Assembly: GCA_905178155.1 (NCBI GenBank)
Contig: CAJINV010000019.1
Location: 1,224,913 to 1,288,912 of the forward strand
Reading direction: 5' to 3'
Origin: Amoebophrya sp. A120
Taxonomy: Eukaryota > Protista > Dinoflagellata
Length of the DNA: 64,000 nucleotides
In this document: positions 37,601-47,790 of the stretch, in pieces
Layout: the number at the start of each line of letters is the position of its first letter
How positions within the stretch are numbered: position 1 is the stretch's first letter
Position numbers and translations under genes: made by a program
The notes under the pieces: model-generated
What the model was told of the DNA's origin: nothing
The model's input: the letters and a program-made list of their open reading frames with translations, nothing else
Databases searched by the model: none

Positions 37601-40125
37601 ACACGGGCTCGGGTGGGAACCTAGTTCTCAAGCAGTGTAACACTGTGGGGAGGTTGGTGTGTTTGAATGTGGTGAGTCCGGGCGAAGCTGAATCAACTCG
37701 CAAGCCCGGGCGAATGCGAGTCGAGCTTTTTTTCGGGGACACGGTGACGCTCATGGAGCTGCACAATCAGAAAGCGCAGATGTCTAGTCCTGTTCTTGTT
37801 AAAATGGACGATCTTCTGCGGCAAGAGGATTCGACGCCAACCAGGTATGACGTGGAAGTGGTCGGCGAGGAAGGAATCGAGAGAAGAAAAATGGTGGAGA
37901 CACTGGATGCCATTGTCGCTGACCCGGACCACAAGGCCAAACTCAACCGTTGTCTGGGAATGGATGCGCCTGAGCCTTCGACAGACGGCGGCAGTTTTTT
38001 GGAGGCCAATTATCGTTTGCGCGACCCCCACGCGCAACCGCAATCACCCGAACGACGCACGGGAGATGTCGAGGACTGCATTTCTGACATCGAGTCGGCC
38101 GGAGATCAAGGTGGCTCTCTGATGTATCAGTATGCAAAGCGGATGGCCAGGGATTCACTTGGACAAAGTCTTGACACCGAAATCAGGAACATGCTTGACA
38201 GTGCGAGGTCACCGGCTTCGAAGTTGGCGATCTGTTCGATGGCCTTTGAGAAGAGTGCCACTCAGTCTGACCTTCAGCTGCGCGACCGCTGTCTAGCGTC
38301 CGCTCAAGGATTTGAGGAGATTGCTGCGAACGTGGCCTCTGGTGAGGCTCCCCCTGCGGAAATGATGCGAACAAAGGGTTTCCGACAGCTCTTTCAAAAC
38401 GCGAAGACGCTTTCGCGAATCACGCAGCGGAAGAACACGAGAGGGAAGCCTGATGAAAAAGCATTTCGTATGCGCTTCGTTTACAAGGAGAGCGACGAGC
38501 TGCGCGTTGTTAGCGCGGTTTTGGTCCACCGGGAGGGCGGAGGCGCAGAAAGCGTGATCCTACGGAGGGTCGATGGGACCCCGGAGGATATCCAGACCTG
38601 GTTTCTTATTGCGGACGATGCGCTCAGTGCAGGCGGGGACGATGGGACTGAAAATAAGATTCGCGCAAGTGAGTGTGGGAAGATTCTTCCGAGCTTTCGC
38701 AGGGAAGGCGAGGCCTGGAAGTGCCTGGCGGCAGCTGGCAGCGACCGTTTGCAAATGATCGACACTGGGGACGGCACTGTGATCGGCTATGGCGTGAAAG
38801 AGAAATGTCCAGAGTGGTGTTTTGAGGCGACGCCCTCCGGGATTGCGGTTTACCTGCAGTCGCCGCAAGAGCATTCGAAAAAGTTTCTCACGTGCCGGGT
38901 GTCGGACCCAAATGCTATACGTGCCAAACTGGGGCCCCCAGCACTAGTCCCCAATGTAGAGGAACAGGGCCGCCACGCGGTGCTTCAGATAGAAGGCTTC
39001 ACTGATTTGGCGGAGCTTAACCCGGACCTGGCAGAGGAGTACTCGAAGAAGTGGAAAAAGGTCAAAAATTCGCGGCAAGAAGACAACGCGGTGTTTGCGT
39101 TGCAATACGGGAATGCCAGGTTCGGGGCCGTCGCAAACGAAGGAGCGCGGGCGAAATCGGAGTGGATGGGTGCTGAGCAGGATGCCGCGGAGCATTACTG
39201 GATCTTTATTGTCGCTAATCCTGACCTTTCTGTGAACGCCGACACGGCGTGTGGATATTTGATGAGTGAGCACTTAGTAAATGCCGACACCGGTAGGCAG
39301 GACATATGTCTCGCCCAAAATTTTCAGGAGCTCACCGTCTGTTCGCCCGAGGGGAATACCATCTGCCTGAAGCGCATGACACGGAAATTGGGGGGCGAGG
39401 CCCATGTCCTGGAGTTGAAGCTTTTTGTCTCGGAAGGGCAGGACGATGAAGATGCGGGGGAGAGTACACCCGAATGGTTGCGGATCCCGTACGGGGAGGA
39501 GGACAACGCCGACAGGGACGCGGGCCTTCTGGTAGAAAGCCCGACGACGACCTTGTTAGAGTACGAAGCCGCCCAGGTGAAGGTACTTGACCCCGGTCAA
39601 GATGAGAACCGGGAGGCCAAGGTGACGCGGTTGCTGAATCTGGCTGAGCACCGACAGCAACAGCAACAAGGCGAAGAAGGGGCCGCGCGCAATCGCTATC
39701 AGACGCCCCACGCCGCGGACACAGCTCTCAGATTTGGGTCGGCGTTTGGCACAAATGCCGACCTGTCTCCTCAGCGACGGCGCCCGGATGTTGATCCGGA
39801 GCCCGACTGGCCTGAGCCAGAAGATGTGGACGCGGACGAGGAAACTATCCGCGAGTGCATCTTCGATCCGGTAGGCTATTTTTTTGAGAATCGCCACTAC
39901 TACCCTTATTCCGATCATGGGGTCACGAGATGGCGAGAAACGCTCTCGCAGCAGGACGCCCGCGATGTTACCGGTCGGCGCGAAGTTACCTTGCGCCAGC
40001 AGTGTGGCGGGTGTAAGATCGTGGAGGGGCCGACGCAGTATGCAGGAGTGACGACTGTTTGGGTTCACCGCCTTGGTAGGCTCTACCGCGCAGATTGGAA
40101 TGATTATCCCACAGAAAAGAGCTAA
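19671..40125 (+). CDS. Putative giant multi-exon secreted/surface protein (or tandem paralogue array) with at least 9 Cys-patterned repeat domains; long GT-AG introns
   Basis: Hydrophobic N-terminus MTKGATFVVAATVGGFLPGVEG. AG/GT-bounded + strand exons include 19671-20169, 22964-23164, 23428-23892, 26223-26702, 28332-28854, 30067-30554 and 36523-40125. Phases are compatible where checked (23164/23428, 28854/30067). Full exon chain not resolved. Confidence 0.5.
22991..23152 (+). repeat. Coding low-complexity repeat (GAAGCA/GAAGCC units; Ala/Glu/Pro-rich linker)
   Basis: Encodes EAAAGAAAAPEAAEVPEAEAEA...PPPPP within exon 22964-23164. Confidence 0.7.
23428..23892 (+). CDS. Exon encoding one Cys-patterned repeat domain
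   Basis: CAG|...|GTAAGT, 155 codons; GEAFTMTF...SLCGKL...VVCFEF. Confidence 0.7.
26223..26702 (+). CDS. Exon encoding one Cys-patterned repeat domain
   Basis: CAG|...|GTTAG, 160 codons; KQPFVLKW...EICGKM...KCIQ...SC...KFCLF. Confidence 0.65.
26851..27012. mobile_element. Decayed family A relic inside a long GT-AG intron
   Basis: Right TIR TTCCCGACCCAGACGCATTTGCAGTCGATA; left end degraded (ATATGGGTTTGG); GCACT on both sides; internal 29-bp tandem duplication 26898-26955. Confidence 0.6.
28332..28854 (+). CDS. Exon encoding one Cys-patterned repeat domain
   Basis: CAG|...|GTTAGT; GEVFTIKI...EACGDL...WVCLKL. Confidence 0.65.
30067..30554 (+). CDS. Exon encoding one Cys-patterned repeat domain
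   Basis: CAG|...|GTACG; YSFRIVF...PLCGKV...KCLGW...VDC...VFCFH. Confidence 0.65.
36523..40125 (+). CDS. Large terminal exon (~1200 aa) with four Cys-patterned repeat domains
   Basis: ORF 36499..40125; acceptor CTGCAG at 36522; motifs HSCVQI..SCL..DC..FCV, IPCGTM..LCL..QC..VCL, SECGKI..KCL..KC..WCF, TACGYL..ICL..VC..ICL. Confidence 0.85.
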   Translation, partial: VVPDGEQVEIGADLEMFLEAWELTQDRAVFRLKFQADDTQPDETGNARFVVRLNEASENLSLESQKISVLAKTEQEIGDKQSELDYEWLWWFYFTPQLTPHSCVQIATSPAITQNAKEVMSCLQWPPETGAEAFTVVDCVSGKSLQAFCVEKPRWDKDAFYFFRKITEEEDLEKDSSLLSVNADNGQLLSEIPAHGADGILRMYIDKQKQHNPPKPQQAVRKAKESEIQKEAWGALLSGNDGDEESPESVGGESSFDDSKVKGMLQLYSVRKKDEEEDEDGTTQASQSPVLAVTVDNGGGPEANLRVLPVIPATGSYYEWQFKTLIKFNEKFRGHEIPCGTMQLSQHSLTAGQQLCLQQDTGSGGNLVLKQCNTVGRLVCLNVVSPGEAESTRKPGRMRVELFFGDTVTLMELHNQKAQMSSPVLVKMDDLLRQEDSTPTRYDVEVVGEEGIERRKMVETLDAIVADPDHKAKLNRCLGMDAPEPSTDGGSFLEANYRLRDPHAQPQSPERRTGDVEDCISDIESAGDQGGSLMYQYAKRMARDSLGQSLDTEIRNMLDSARSPASKLAICSMAFEKSATQSDLQLRDRCLASAQGFEEIAANVASGEAPPAEMMRTKGFRQLFQNAKTLSRITQRKNTRGKPDEKAFRMRFVYKESDELRVVSAVLVHREGGGAESVILRRVDGTPEDIQTWFLIADDALSAGGDDGTENKIRASECGKILPSFRREGEAWKCLAAAGSDRLQMIDTGDGTVIGYGVKEKCPEWCFEATPSGIAVYLQSPQEHSKKFLTCRVSDPNAIRAKLGPPALVPNVEEQGRHAVLQIEGFTDLAELNPDLAEEYSKKWKKVKNSRQEDNAVFALQYGNARFGAVANEGARAKSEWMGAEQDAAEHYWIFIVANPDLSVNADTACGYLMSEHLVNADTGRQDICLAQNFQELTVCSPEGNTICLKRMTRKLGGEAHVLELKLFVSEGQDDEDAGESTPEWLRIPYGEEDNADRDAGLLVESPTTTLLEYEAAQVKVLDPGQDENREAKVTRLLNLAEHRQQQQQGEEGAARNRYQTPHAADTALRFGSAFGTNADLSPQRRRPDVDPEPDWPEPEDVDADEETIRECIFDPVGYFFENRHYYPYSDHGVTRWRETLSQQDARDVTGRREVTLRQQCGGCKIVEGPTQYAGVTTVWVHRLGRLYRADWNDYPTEKS

Positions 40126-42305
40126 CATGTCGAATTCGATTCGGAGAGCAATTTTTTGTCAGCGGCAGAAAATTTCTCGCCAAAAAGTGCTATGCCCGGC
40201 GCCATAGGGTCGAACTTGAGGGAATTTTTTGCAAAAGTGAGCACACTTCTTGCGTGACTCAAGCAGCATGCTATGAGCTTCCCATGACAGGAGAGTTTCC
40301 GCTTGATTTATTTTTGCATTATATGGAAACAAGTTGATCTGGATATGCATATGCTAGCTTGTGTCTGTACGATAATCGCGAAGAGCAGTTTGAAGTTACT
40401 GAAAAACTGCCTGACGTCGACGGCGGGGGGATGGCGACCCTAGTGCTGGACCCTACGGAAGACCAGCAGCTGGCCACGATTTTCGAGTCGGGACGCAGCA
40501 TCACAACTCATTGCAGCACTGACTCTTACGCAGAACACCGTGCCCGCGAAGTGTAGTCGCGAGTTGCCCACGATGATGTAGAGTGAACGCTCCTGCTGCC
40601 GGGCAAAGCGGCAGACACTGGGTACCACTACCTCTGACCACTGAGCTCTCCCGAAACTGTGCAAGCTTGTGCGTGTGTGTTTGTACACTGACGCGCACGC
40701 CGCGAGACGAGTGCGCCCATTCACGATTTGTGATATTTCTTCTTCATCTTCGCATTTTAACTTTTCGCTTTTTTTATTTATTTTATGAACTTTTCAATTC
40801 TGGAGGAAAAAAAATTCGTCTACAGGTAGTTGGCAGGCGTTTACTAAACTTACTCAAAGCTTCACCTATTTTTTTTTGCGAAAATTTCAGTAAATCTAAA
40901 TTCGTTGCTCTCAGGGCGCCATACTTTTCGATTTTTGAGGCTATGCCGAAACCTCTCGAGCCATTTTTATACTGCAACTGTTTTTTTTTTCCGTCTGTGC
41001 GAACCTTTGCCACAGTTTTCGATGAGTCGCTTTTTTTTTTAATCTCAGGTCGCATTTCCAAGAATGTTTTCTTTTTCCTTCACGGTATTCCGATTATTTT
41101 TTCAAAAGATTGATCTTTATGTTTATCTGCTCAAAAGAAAAGCCCGCACAGAAGCGTAGTCAAGGCCATCATAAGTTTAACTAATTGACAAGTAGAATTT
41201 ATCACGTTCATTGTCTAGTATGGGATATTTTTTTGCCACGAGCACGACCAAGAAAGGATCGTGGCACTACGAAGCAGCTTTTTACTGATTTTATTCCATG
41301 CCTATTTCTCATCTGTTTCCATTTTTTGACAGTTTCCTCTTTTGATTTTTTATTTTTTCGTGATGCGCATCGGCACGCAAGAACATTGTGAACTACTATC
41401 CAAGTGCAAATTATATCTGTTGGACAAATGCTAATAGTAAAAGTAATATCAAGGCCGGCAGGCTGGTAGTTGCGCACGCATTCGAAACAAGCAGGGGTAG
41501 GAGTACAGTTGCAACCAGAAACGAAAGCGTGCAGCCGATTCGATCTTGAAACAGCTTTTTTCAGGAGCGCTAGTAGCAAGAGTGGCCTGGCTTTTCTATT
41601 TTGCCGTTCCGTGGGCAACACTCTCTGCAGTTGCCTTTTCTTCGTGGTATTGATTTGTTTATTTCGTTATTGTTCATAGGTTGGCCGCCAGGTGGAGGTG
41701 CAGTCAGATACATACAAAGCGGCCTCTCTCGTCGGTCTTGCTACTCTATGTCGCTCGTTTTTTCGTGTTGTTTTTTTCGCAGCGTCCGCGTATGCCCGAC
41801 ACGCTCTCAATCGTCCCACTGTGTCTTTACTCGTTCGCATTTTTTGTCGTGGTTTTTTCTACTTGCCCGCAGAAATCGTTTAGTGGAAATTTCACCAGGT
41901 GGAAGGCATGTTCATGTCGCAGCAACGAAGGAAAGTCCTTTTTTTTGTGAAACCACGTGCAGGCTGCTGATAGCGCCCTTTTGTTTCGTTCTTAGACAAG
42001 AGGGAGCCTTTTTTAACTTCGTTCCCATATTATCCCACACAGAAACTACAGGTAGATTACTTTGTTTAGAATTATCAGCGTCTACTTGCGCCACTCTGTT
42101 TCCTCCACTGTAGCAGCAGCAGTACCCCTGCGCAGCAGTAGTTTTCCATACCACTACTCGAGTAAGAAAAAAAAACACGAAACTGCAACACTAGAAGTAC
42201 CAGCTTTGCTTTCACCAAAAAATTGTCCTCCTCGTATTGAAACTACAAAGCACAACACCGGTTGGAGCCTAGATAGATCGGTTGCGTTCAACTTCAAGCG
42301 CAAAG

Positions 42306-45300
42306 ATGGACGAGGCCAGCAAGCTTTCCCCGGGGAAGACGGAGTCCACCGCGGTGCCCTCTCCCTCGACGAAGGGCGGCTCCCCCGAAAAGGCTTCGGA
42401 AGAAGAAGTGCGGGCAAGGCTGTTCAAGGTACAAAGAGTTTTTTTTTTATCCCAGTAGCATGCTTGCCAAATAACAAAGAAATAAGGTTGTTGATCAATT
42501 GTCGCTTCTAAGTAAACTGATGACTCGTCAATCGTGGATTCTCTGCATCGTTGGATATTAATTAAGAATTTTAGACTTGATCATGAAAAAAACACCAGGG
42601 CCTCGGACGCGACCTCCTTTTGTCGATCAAAGAAGGCTATCGAATGCAAATATTTTCGTTTTGGTTTTGGGTCTGCCAGAAACCCGTAAAAGTAGTAATT
42701 TGAATAAAAGTTAACCCACTTGCACGACCCCCGCACGACACGCTGCAGGTTTTTTTTTTGTAGCCGATATTATACGATGCAGCTCCACTCCTGCGCGGTC
42801 ACTAGGCATGAATAGATTTTATCGGAGCCGGGGTTGTCATCTCAAAGCCCAGCTGCTGAACACTACATATTGATCTCGTCTCGACCCAGAAGATCGACGT
42901 GTATTTGCAATCCATAAGGGCGACATGCACAAGGCGCAAGGGCTATCCTGAGTAAAAACGTACCCACACCATAGTCAAGATGGGGAATCGGCTAGACAAA
43001 TCCACAAGTTTTGGCTGTTTTGCATGACAAATTTGGATTCGTAGTGTAGTGCTGTTTGAGCTAGCTCAGCAGCATCACAGATCTAGCATACCATGCTGAT
43101 TGGAGCATGACAAATTGCAAAACACGACTAGAAAATGCTTCTCATGGGGCTCCGCATGAGAAACGTTTTCAGGATGCAGATTTGCATGACAACTCTGGTG
43201 TGGGTACGTTTTTACTCAGGATAAGGGCTGATCATGGGCGGTGTGGAACTGGATGCCCGGGAGCCGGTGACCGGGCGTATCAAATGCAAAAATGTCTGGG
43301 TCTGGGAGGATGGAACTTGTGATGCTGTCTGTAGATTCCAAAAAAGTCTGTATTGCATGACCAGCAAAAGGAGTCCACATTGTCCTACGCGGAGAGGGCA
43401 TCTCTCATGCGGAATACGCACCAGAAAGCCCTCTCAAAATCAGTGATGCTAGGCCATGCATTACAGGCATGATGCGTCATGCAAAATATGCATCACAAAC
43501 CTCGCACTCTTCCAGACCCCGACATATTTGCATTTGATAGAGCGCACCGCTTTGCATCTCGCCGTGCAGATATCAGGGGAAAAACAAGTTTTGTTTCAGT
43601 GCAACAACGTGACTGATCGACATCAAAGCGCCGTCTACATCAAAACCCATAGAAGAAGCAGATCCGCGGCCATTTTTTCTGTCAGAATCTTCACGTTTAA
43701 CAAACACAAACTTCTAGGGTAGAATATGTGCTGTCGTGCTTTCTATGATCTGCGAGAAAGCACAGAATTAAAGTTGTAAGGTCTTGCACTGAGTAGAACA
43801 TGCTTGTTTTTCTGTCGATACCAAAAGACCGCCATGGGGGTCGTGAAGCTGCTCGTGCAACACAAGATTGACGTGAACGCGGTGGACCGCATCGGTGAGG
43901 TCACAGCCCTGCACGTCGCTGCGCACCGCTATGCCAAAGAAAAAAGCTAGCCTAGCAGTATGATCGTTTGATTTGGGAAGCAAAACAAAGCGATATAGGC
44001 CGTGTGAAATTTTTAAACTCTGTCATGGGCCGCGAGCTGTCTAGGGCATTGCAGTGTTCTTGGAACTGGGCAGGAGAAAATGACACAAGCTTTTTTTTGC
44101 AGCAAGTGCAAGTGATGTTTTCGCATGACAAATTCGACATGTGCAGTCGGCTATGCATGACAAATTCGAGATGCTAGCTTCAATTTTCTGTTGGATAATT
44201 AAGGGCAGATGGTGATGCTGAAGCACTTGCTGGCCGCGAAGGCGAATTTGAACCTGGTCGGCGTGGAGGGCGACACTCCGTTGTCGCGGGCGGTATGACA
44301 GTGCACAACTCCCCCGCGTTCCCATTTGTCATGCAGAATACCAAATCCACGCTTTCCCTCCTGTCACTATGATGCATGACAAGTTCTGCTAGCCCAAATA
44401 GCACTACAATCCAGCTCAAATTTGTCATGCAAAACCAGCATTCTTGCTGATGCTTGTATAACCGTTCATGCTATAGAAATGAGGGGGAGGGGTAGTTGTG
44501 CACTGTCATAGGCGGCTACGCAGGGCCACTTAAAGGTGCTCGACTCGCTTATCTCTAATGGGGCCATCTGCGACCTGAAGCAGCGGCAAAGCATCAACGA
44601 GTGGCAGCAGGCCGAGATCGAGATGAAGCAGCTGGCCCTCCAGCAAAGCACGACGGCCTCGGGGTCGCAGCGCGGGCGGAGCCCCATATGATGGTGAACA
44701 ACTCGCTCCCACTTGTTCTTCCCTTGACTTGAATAAACGCATAATGTCTACTTGCAGCAACAGAAGCAACGCCATCGCCAAAAAACAAGTATAGCTTCTG
44801 CATGACATTCACAATATCGAACGAATTCTGACAGTGATTCATTAATCACAGTTCAATATTCGGGAGGTTCATCCTGGTCCGAAATTTGTTTATGTCGGCA
44901 GTGTTTATTTCTGCAGGCGAGAAACCGGATTTGGTACTTCTGTTGCATTTACATTTGAGCGGAAATTGAAATTGTAGTAGGGCAAGATGTTTACTGTCAT
45001 ACTCCACGCGCAGTATGCAGGGCCATGGCGACCGCGCTTTCCAACCCGCAGTTCGGGACCGCCGGGAGCCGGTGTCTGCGCTAGTGAATATGGATTGCAA
45101 AAATATCTGGGTCTGGAAACTTGTGATGCTAAAATGTGGATGATGGAAACACACCCGAATGCAACCCAGCATGACAACTTTCCAAGACGCTTTCCCATAG
45201 GCAATCCGCATGAGGAACTGCGTTTTTGCATGTACAAAAGAGGCTCCGACTTTTGTTGGTTATGCAATACAGATTTTCTAGGTATGGAAAGCTAGCATTA

Positions 45301-46445
45301 CAAGTTCCACCCTTCCAGACCCAGACATTTTTGCAATCCATAGTGAAGGCCGTGAAGCGAAACTGCGGCATTCCGGTGGTTAAAACGCTGCTAGAGATAT
45401 CCAACGAGAAAAAACTGTGTTCGTGCCACTTGCTTGATACAATGGACGAAAAGCATGACAAATTCACTCTGCGTGACAGACTTGAAGACGTGTCATGCCT
45501 TGCCAGCACGTGCATTTGAAAAGGAAACAAACACTCAGCTCGGAAAAATCAATAGGTGCGCAAGTACCTAATCACCTGAGAACGGCCCTGGCCTCGCATG
45601 AGAACAAATCTAACTGTCTTGCATGGGGTCGTGCAACTACTTACACGACGAGCTTACACTAAACAGAGTTTTTTCCCCTGGACAGGACATCGGGTGCGAC
45701 TCCAATCGGACGGATGAAAAGATGAACCGACCACTCCACGTTGCGGCCCACTACGGAAACGCGAACACGTGCCGGCTCTTGCTCCATGCGAAGGCTGCGG
45801 TGAACGTCGGTAACCACCTGGGCCGCACGCCCCTGCACTTCGCGGCGCGTTCTGGCCACGCCCGAATCTTCCGCATGTTGCTCGACTACAAGGCCGAAAT
45901 TAACGCCGAGGACCGCTTTGGGCAGACGCCACTCACCCTGTGCTGCGACACGATGATGTATCCACAGTAATTTTCAATTTGCATCACTACACTGTGACAA
46001 ATTTTTGCACTTTTGCATAAAGAGAAAGTTCACCTCCTGCCAGCACTACTCAAGTACTTTCATCCTACAACTCAGCACTTAACATTTAGAAGCACTGCAG
46101 GGTTTTGATGAAGATGTTATGTTCATCTTTCGGAAGCAGAAGTTCTAGTACATGCACCGTGCACTGACTTGTCCTTGTGTGGTAAATTTGTACTTGCATA
46201 AGACGCAGAAGCTGGTGAAGGACAACGGTGGTACCCCCGGATACTCCGACGAACACAACGATGTTTCGCCACCGGTTTCGCCCGCGCGGTCCCTGTCCCC
46301 CGCACGGAGCCCGAGCCCGGACACCGCGCCGCGATTCAACCCGGCCGGCGCCAGTGCCGGCAGCCAACCCGGCTCCCCCGCCACAAAACGGTCCCAGGCC
46401 AACAAGTTGCAGGGCTCCCCGGCCTTCTTCCAAGAGCGACACTAG
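42306..46445 (+). CDS. Ankyrin-repeat protein, ~421 aa, 12 exons (1 GT-AG intron, 10 TIR-element introns)
   Basis: Exons 42306-42428, 42599-42637, 42922-42943, 43229-43277, 43545-43570, 43826-43929, 44203-44293, 44516-44686, 45007-45088, 45348-45397, 45690-45958, 46206-46445 (1266 nt). Ankyrin motifs GRTALHLAV, TALHVAAHRG, GDTPLSRAATQGH, RPLHVAAHYG, GRTPLHFAARSGH; several are rebuilt across junctions. Confidence 0.9.
42638..42916. mobile_element. TIR introner, A-related
   Basis: TATCGAATGCAAATA / TATTTGCAATCCATA; TSD AAGGC/AGGGC. Confidence 0.85.
42944..43223. mobile_element. TIR introner, family C
   Basis: TATCCTGAGTAAAAACGTACCCACACCA / TGGTGTGGGTACGTTTTTACTCAGGATA (perfect 28-bp TIR); perfect TSD AGGGC. 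Confidence 0.96.
43278..43539. mobile_element. TIR introner, family A
   Basis: Family A TIRs; TSD GGGCG/GAGCG; splits ankyrin motif TGR|TALHLA. Confidence 0.93.
43571..43820. mobile_element. Eroded TIR intron
   Basis: TATCAGGGGAAAAACAAG / CTTGTTTTTCTGTCGATA; flanks GCAGA/CCAAA; gives LAVQ|KTAMGVVKLL. Confidence 0.85.
43930..44197. mobile_element. Eroded TIR intron
   Basis: TATGCCAAAGAAAAAAGCTAGC / GCTAGCTTCAATTTTCTGTTGGATA; flanks ACCGC/ATTAA; gives AAHR|GQMVMLKHLL. Confidence 0.8.
44294..44510. mobile_element. TIR introner, family F
   Basis: TATGACAGTGCACAACT / AGTTGTGCACTGTCATA (perfect 17-bp TIR); perfect TSD GGCGG. Confidence 0.93.
44687..45001. mobile_element. TIR introner, family F-like
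   Basis: TATGATGGTGAACA / TGTTTACTGTCATA; TSD CCCCA/CTCCA; frame restored. Confidence 0.8.
45089..45342. mobile_element. TIR introner, family A
   Basis: Family A TIRs; perfect TSD GTGAA. Confidence 0.95.
45398..45684. mobile_element. Eroded TIR intron
   Basis: TATCCAACGAGAAAAAACTGTGTT / AACAGAGTTTTTTCCCCTGGACA; flanks AGAGA/GGACA; gives TLLE|IGCDSN. Confidence 0.8.
45959..46200. mobile_element. Strongly eroded TIR intron
   Basis: TATCCACAGTA / TACTTGCATA; flanks TGATG/AGACG; gives CDTMM|QKLVKDNGG. Confidence 0.6.
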
Positions 46446-47790
46446 TGGCGAAGGGTTGTCGACATATGATAAAAAGGGAAAAGTTTTTGTTTGGGTAGAA
46501 CGATCAGCATGTATACGCAAAACATGAAACAAATCCTAAGCTGCCAAGTGTATCCAACATTCGCATATAGCATATCCTGTTTTAACAACTATTCACTCAC
46601 TTACAATTTCTTGTAACATCGGGACCACATGTGCATAAAAACATGCGGCACAGACCCAGTCGAAAGTTAGCAAAAGCATATCCTGTTTTCAACTCACTCT
46701 TCTTACAAATTCTAATCAGCAACCATGGGCATATCCTGCAATCAAATCTACAGTAAAAACTTCTAAAACACTCAGCAAAAAGAAGCTATTTCTATTTTAG
46801 AGTTTTATACATAATAGCATCGCTGGATACTGCTTTTGCAGTGGCAGCAGCCTATTTTTCTACCCTGTGGAGGTTCCGCTCGCTGAAATTTGAGTCGGGA
46901 CAAAAAATCTACCCTCTAAAAACAATCAAGCAAAAATCCGGTTCTGGCGCTCTGTTCACAGTAATAAACCACTGTGATAGAAGAAGATGACAACAAAACC
47001 GCGTTTCTTTTGTAGCCCACTCCAGCCGCGATACCCTCGCGACGGAGGGGGCGATTCATTTTTGGGAAAACATGAAAACATAAACAGCATATAACATCGC
47101 AATTTTATCACGACCCTGCTTTGGGAACATGAAAACATACTGGCAACAAAATTTTTCCCGGCGCTACCTTACAGACGGTGGCAGAGTTGTGGTGCCGCTT
47201 TTTCTTTTCGTTTAGTTCGTGTTTCGGCTTGAGGGATACCTAGGATCGATTAAAGTCGAGACATCACTTACCAGAAACAGAATCAACTTGAACTTGCATT
47301 TTTTTCGTAAAAGCCTTTTCCGCGATCTTTTCCATGGTGATCAACATCATGATTTTTCGTGGCTTTTCGGATCCTCATGTGCATCACGTGATCGTACAAC
47401 TCGGTAGAATTTTCCTCAGAGGTGTCGTCGCAGATCGGTACTGGCAAAGATACATCTCTCGCTCACAAGCGATCTTAGAGAAATTTTTGCGACGTTGAAT
47501 GGTTTTGACAAGTTGTTTGCAGAAGTGCAAGTAGCATCATTTTGGAGTTCTTGGCAGTAAGCAGTTCTCTCGTAGCATCGTTTAGAGTGGCTCTGCAGAT
47601 CTTTGTTTTTCGTACACAACATCTCTATTCGGATGGCGGAATTTTACAGACGGAAATCTTGCTAGTGCTGTGGTATAGCCAGGTTTTTGAGTGAGTACCG
47701 TTTTCTATGATGTCGTCGTTGGTTATGGTAGCGTCCGTTAGATACGATTAGCTCTAGAACAACAGCAGGAACAGCAACAAATTGCCCCAG

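Noticed and set aside
42638-46200. Repeat-spacer-like alternation suggestive of a CRISPR array
   Set aside because: Repeats are inverted, heterogeneous and 200-300 bp apart; the 'spacers' are exons of an ankyrin gene; no cas genes; eukaryotic context.
46569-46740. Degenerate direct repeats (GCATATCCTG...) downstream of the ankyrin gene, and AACATGAAAACATA twice near 47070-47140
   Set aside because: Short, imperfect local duplications in UTR/intergenic DNA with no further structure.
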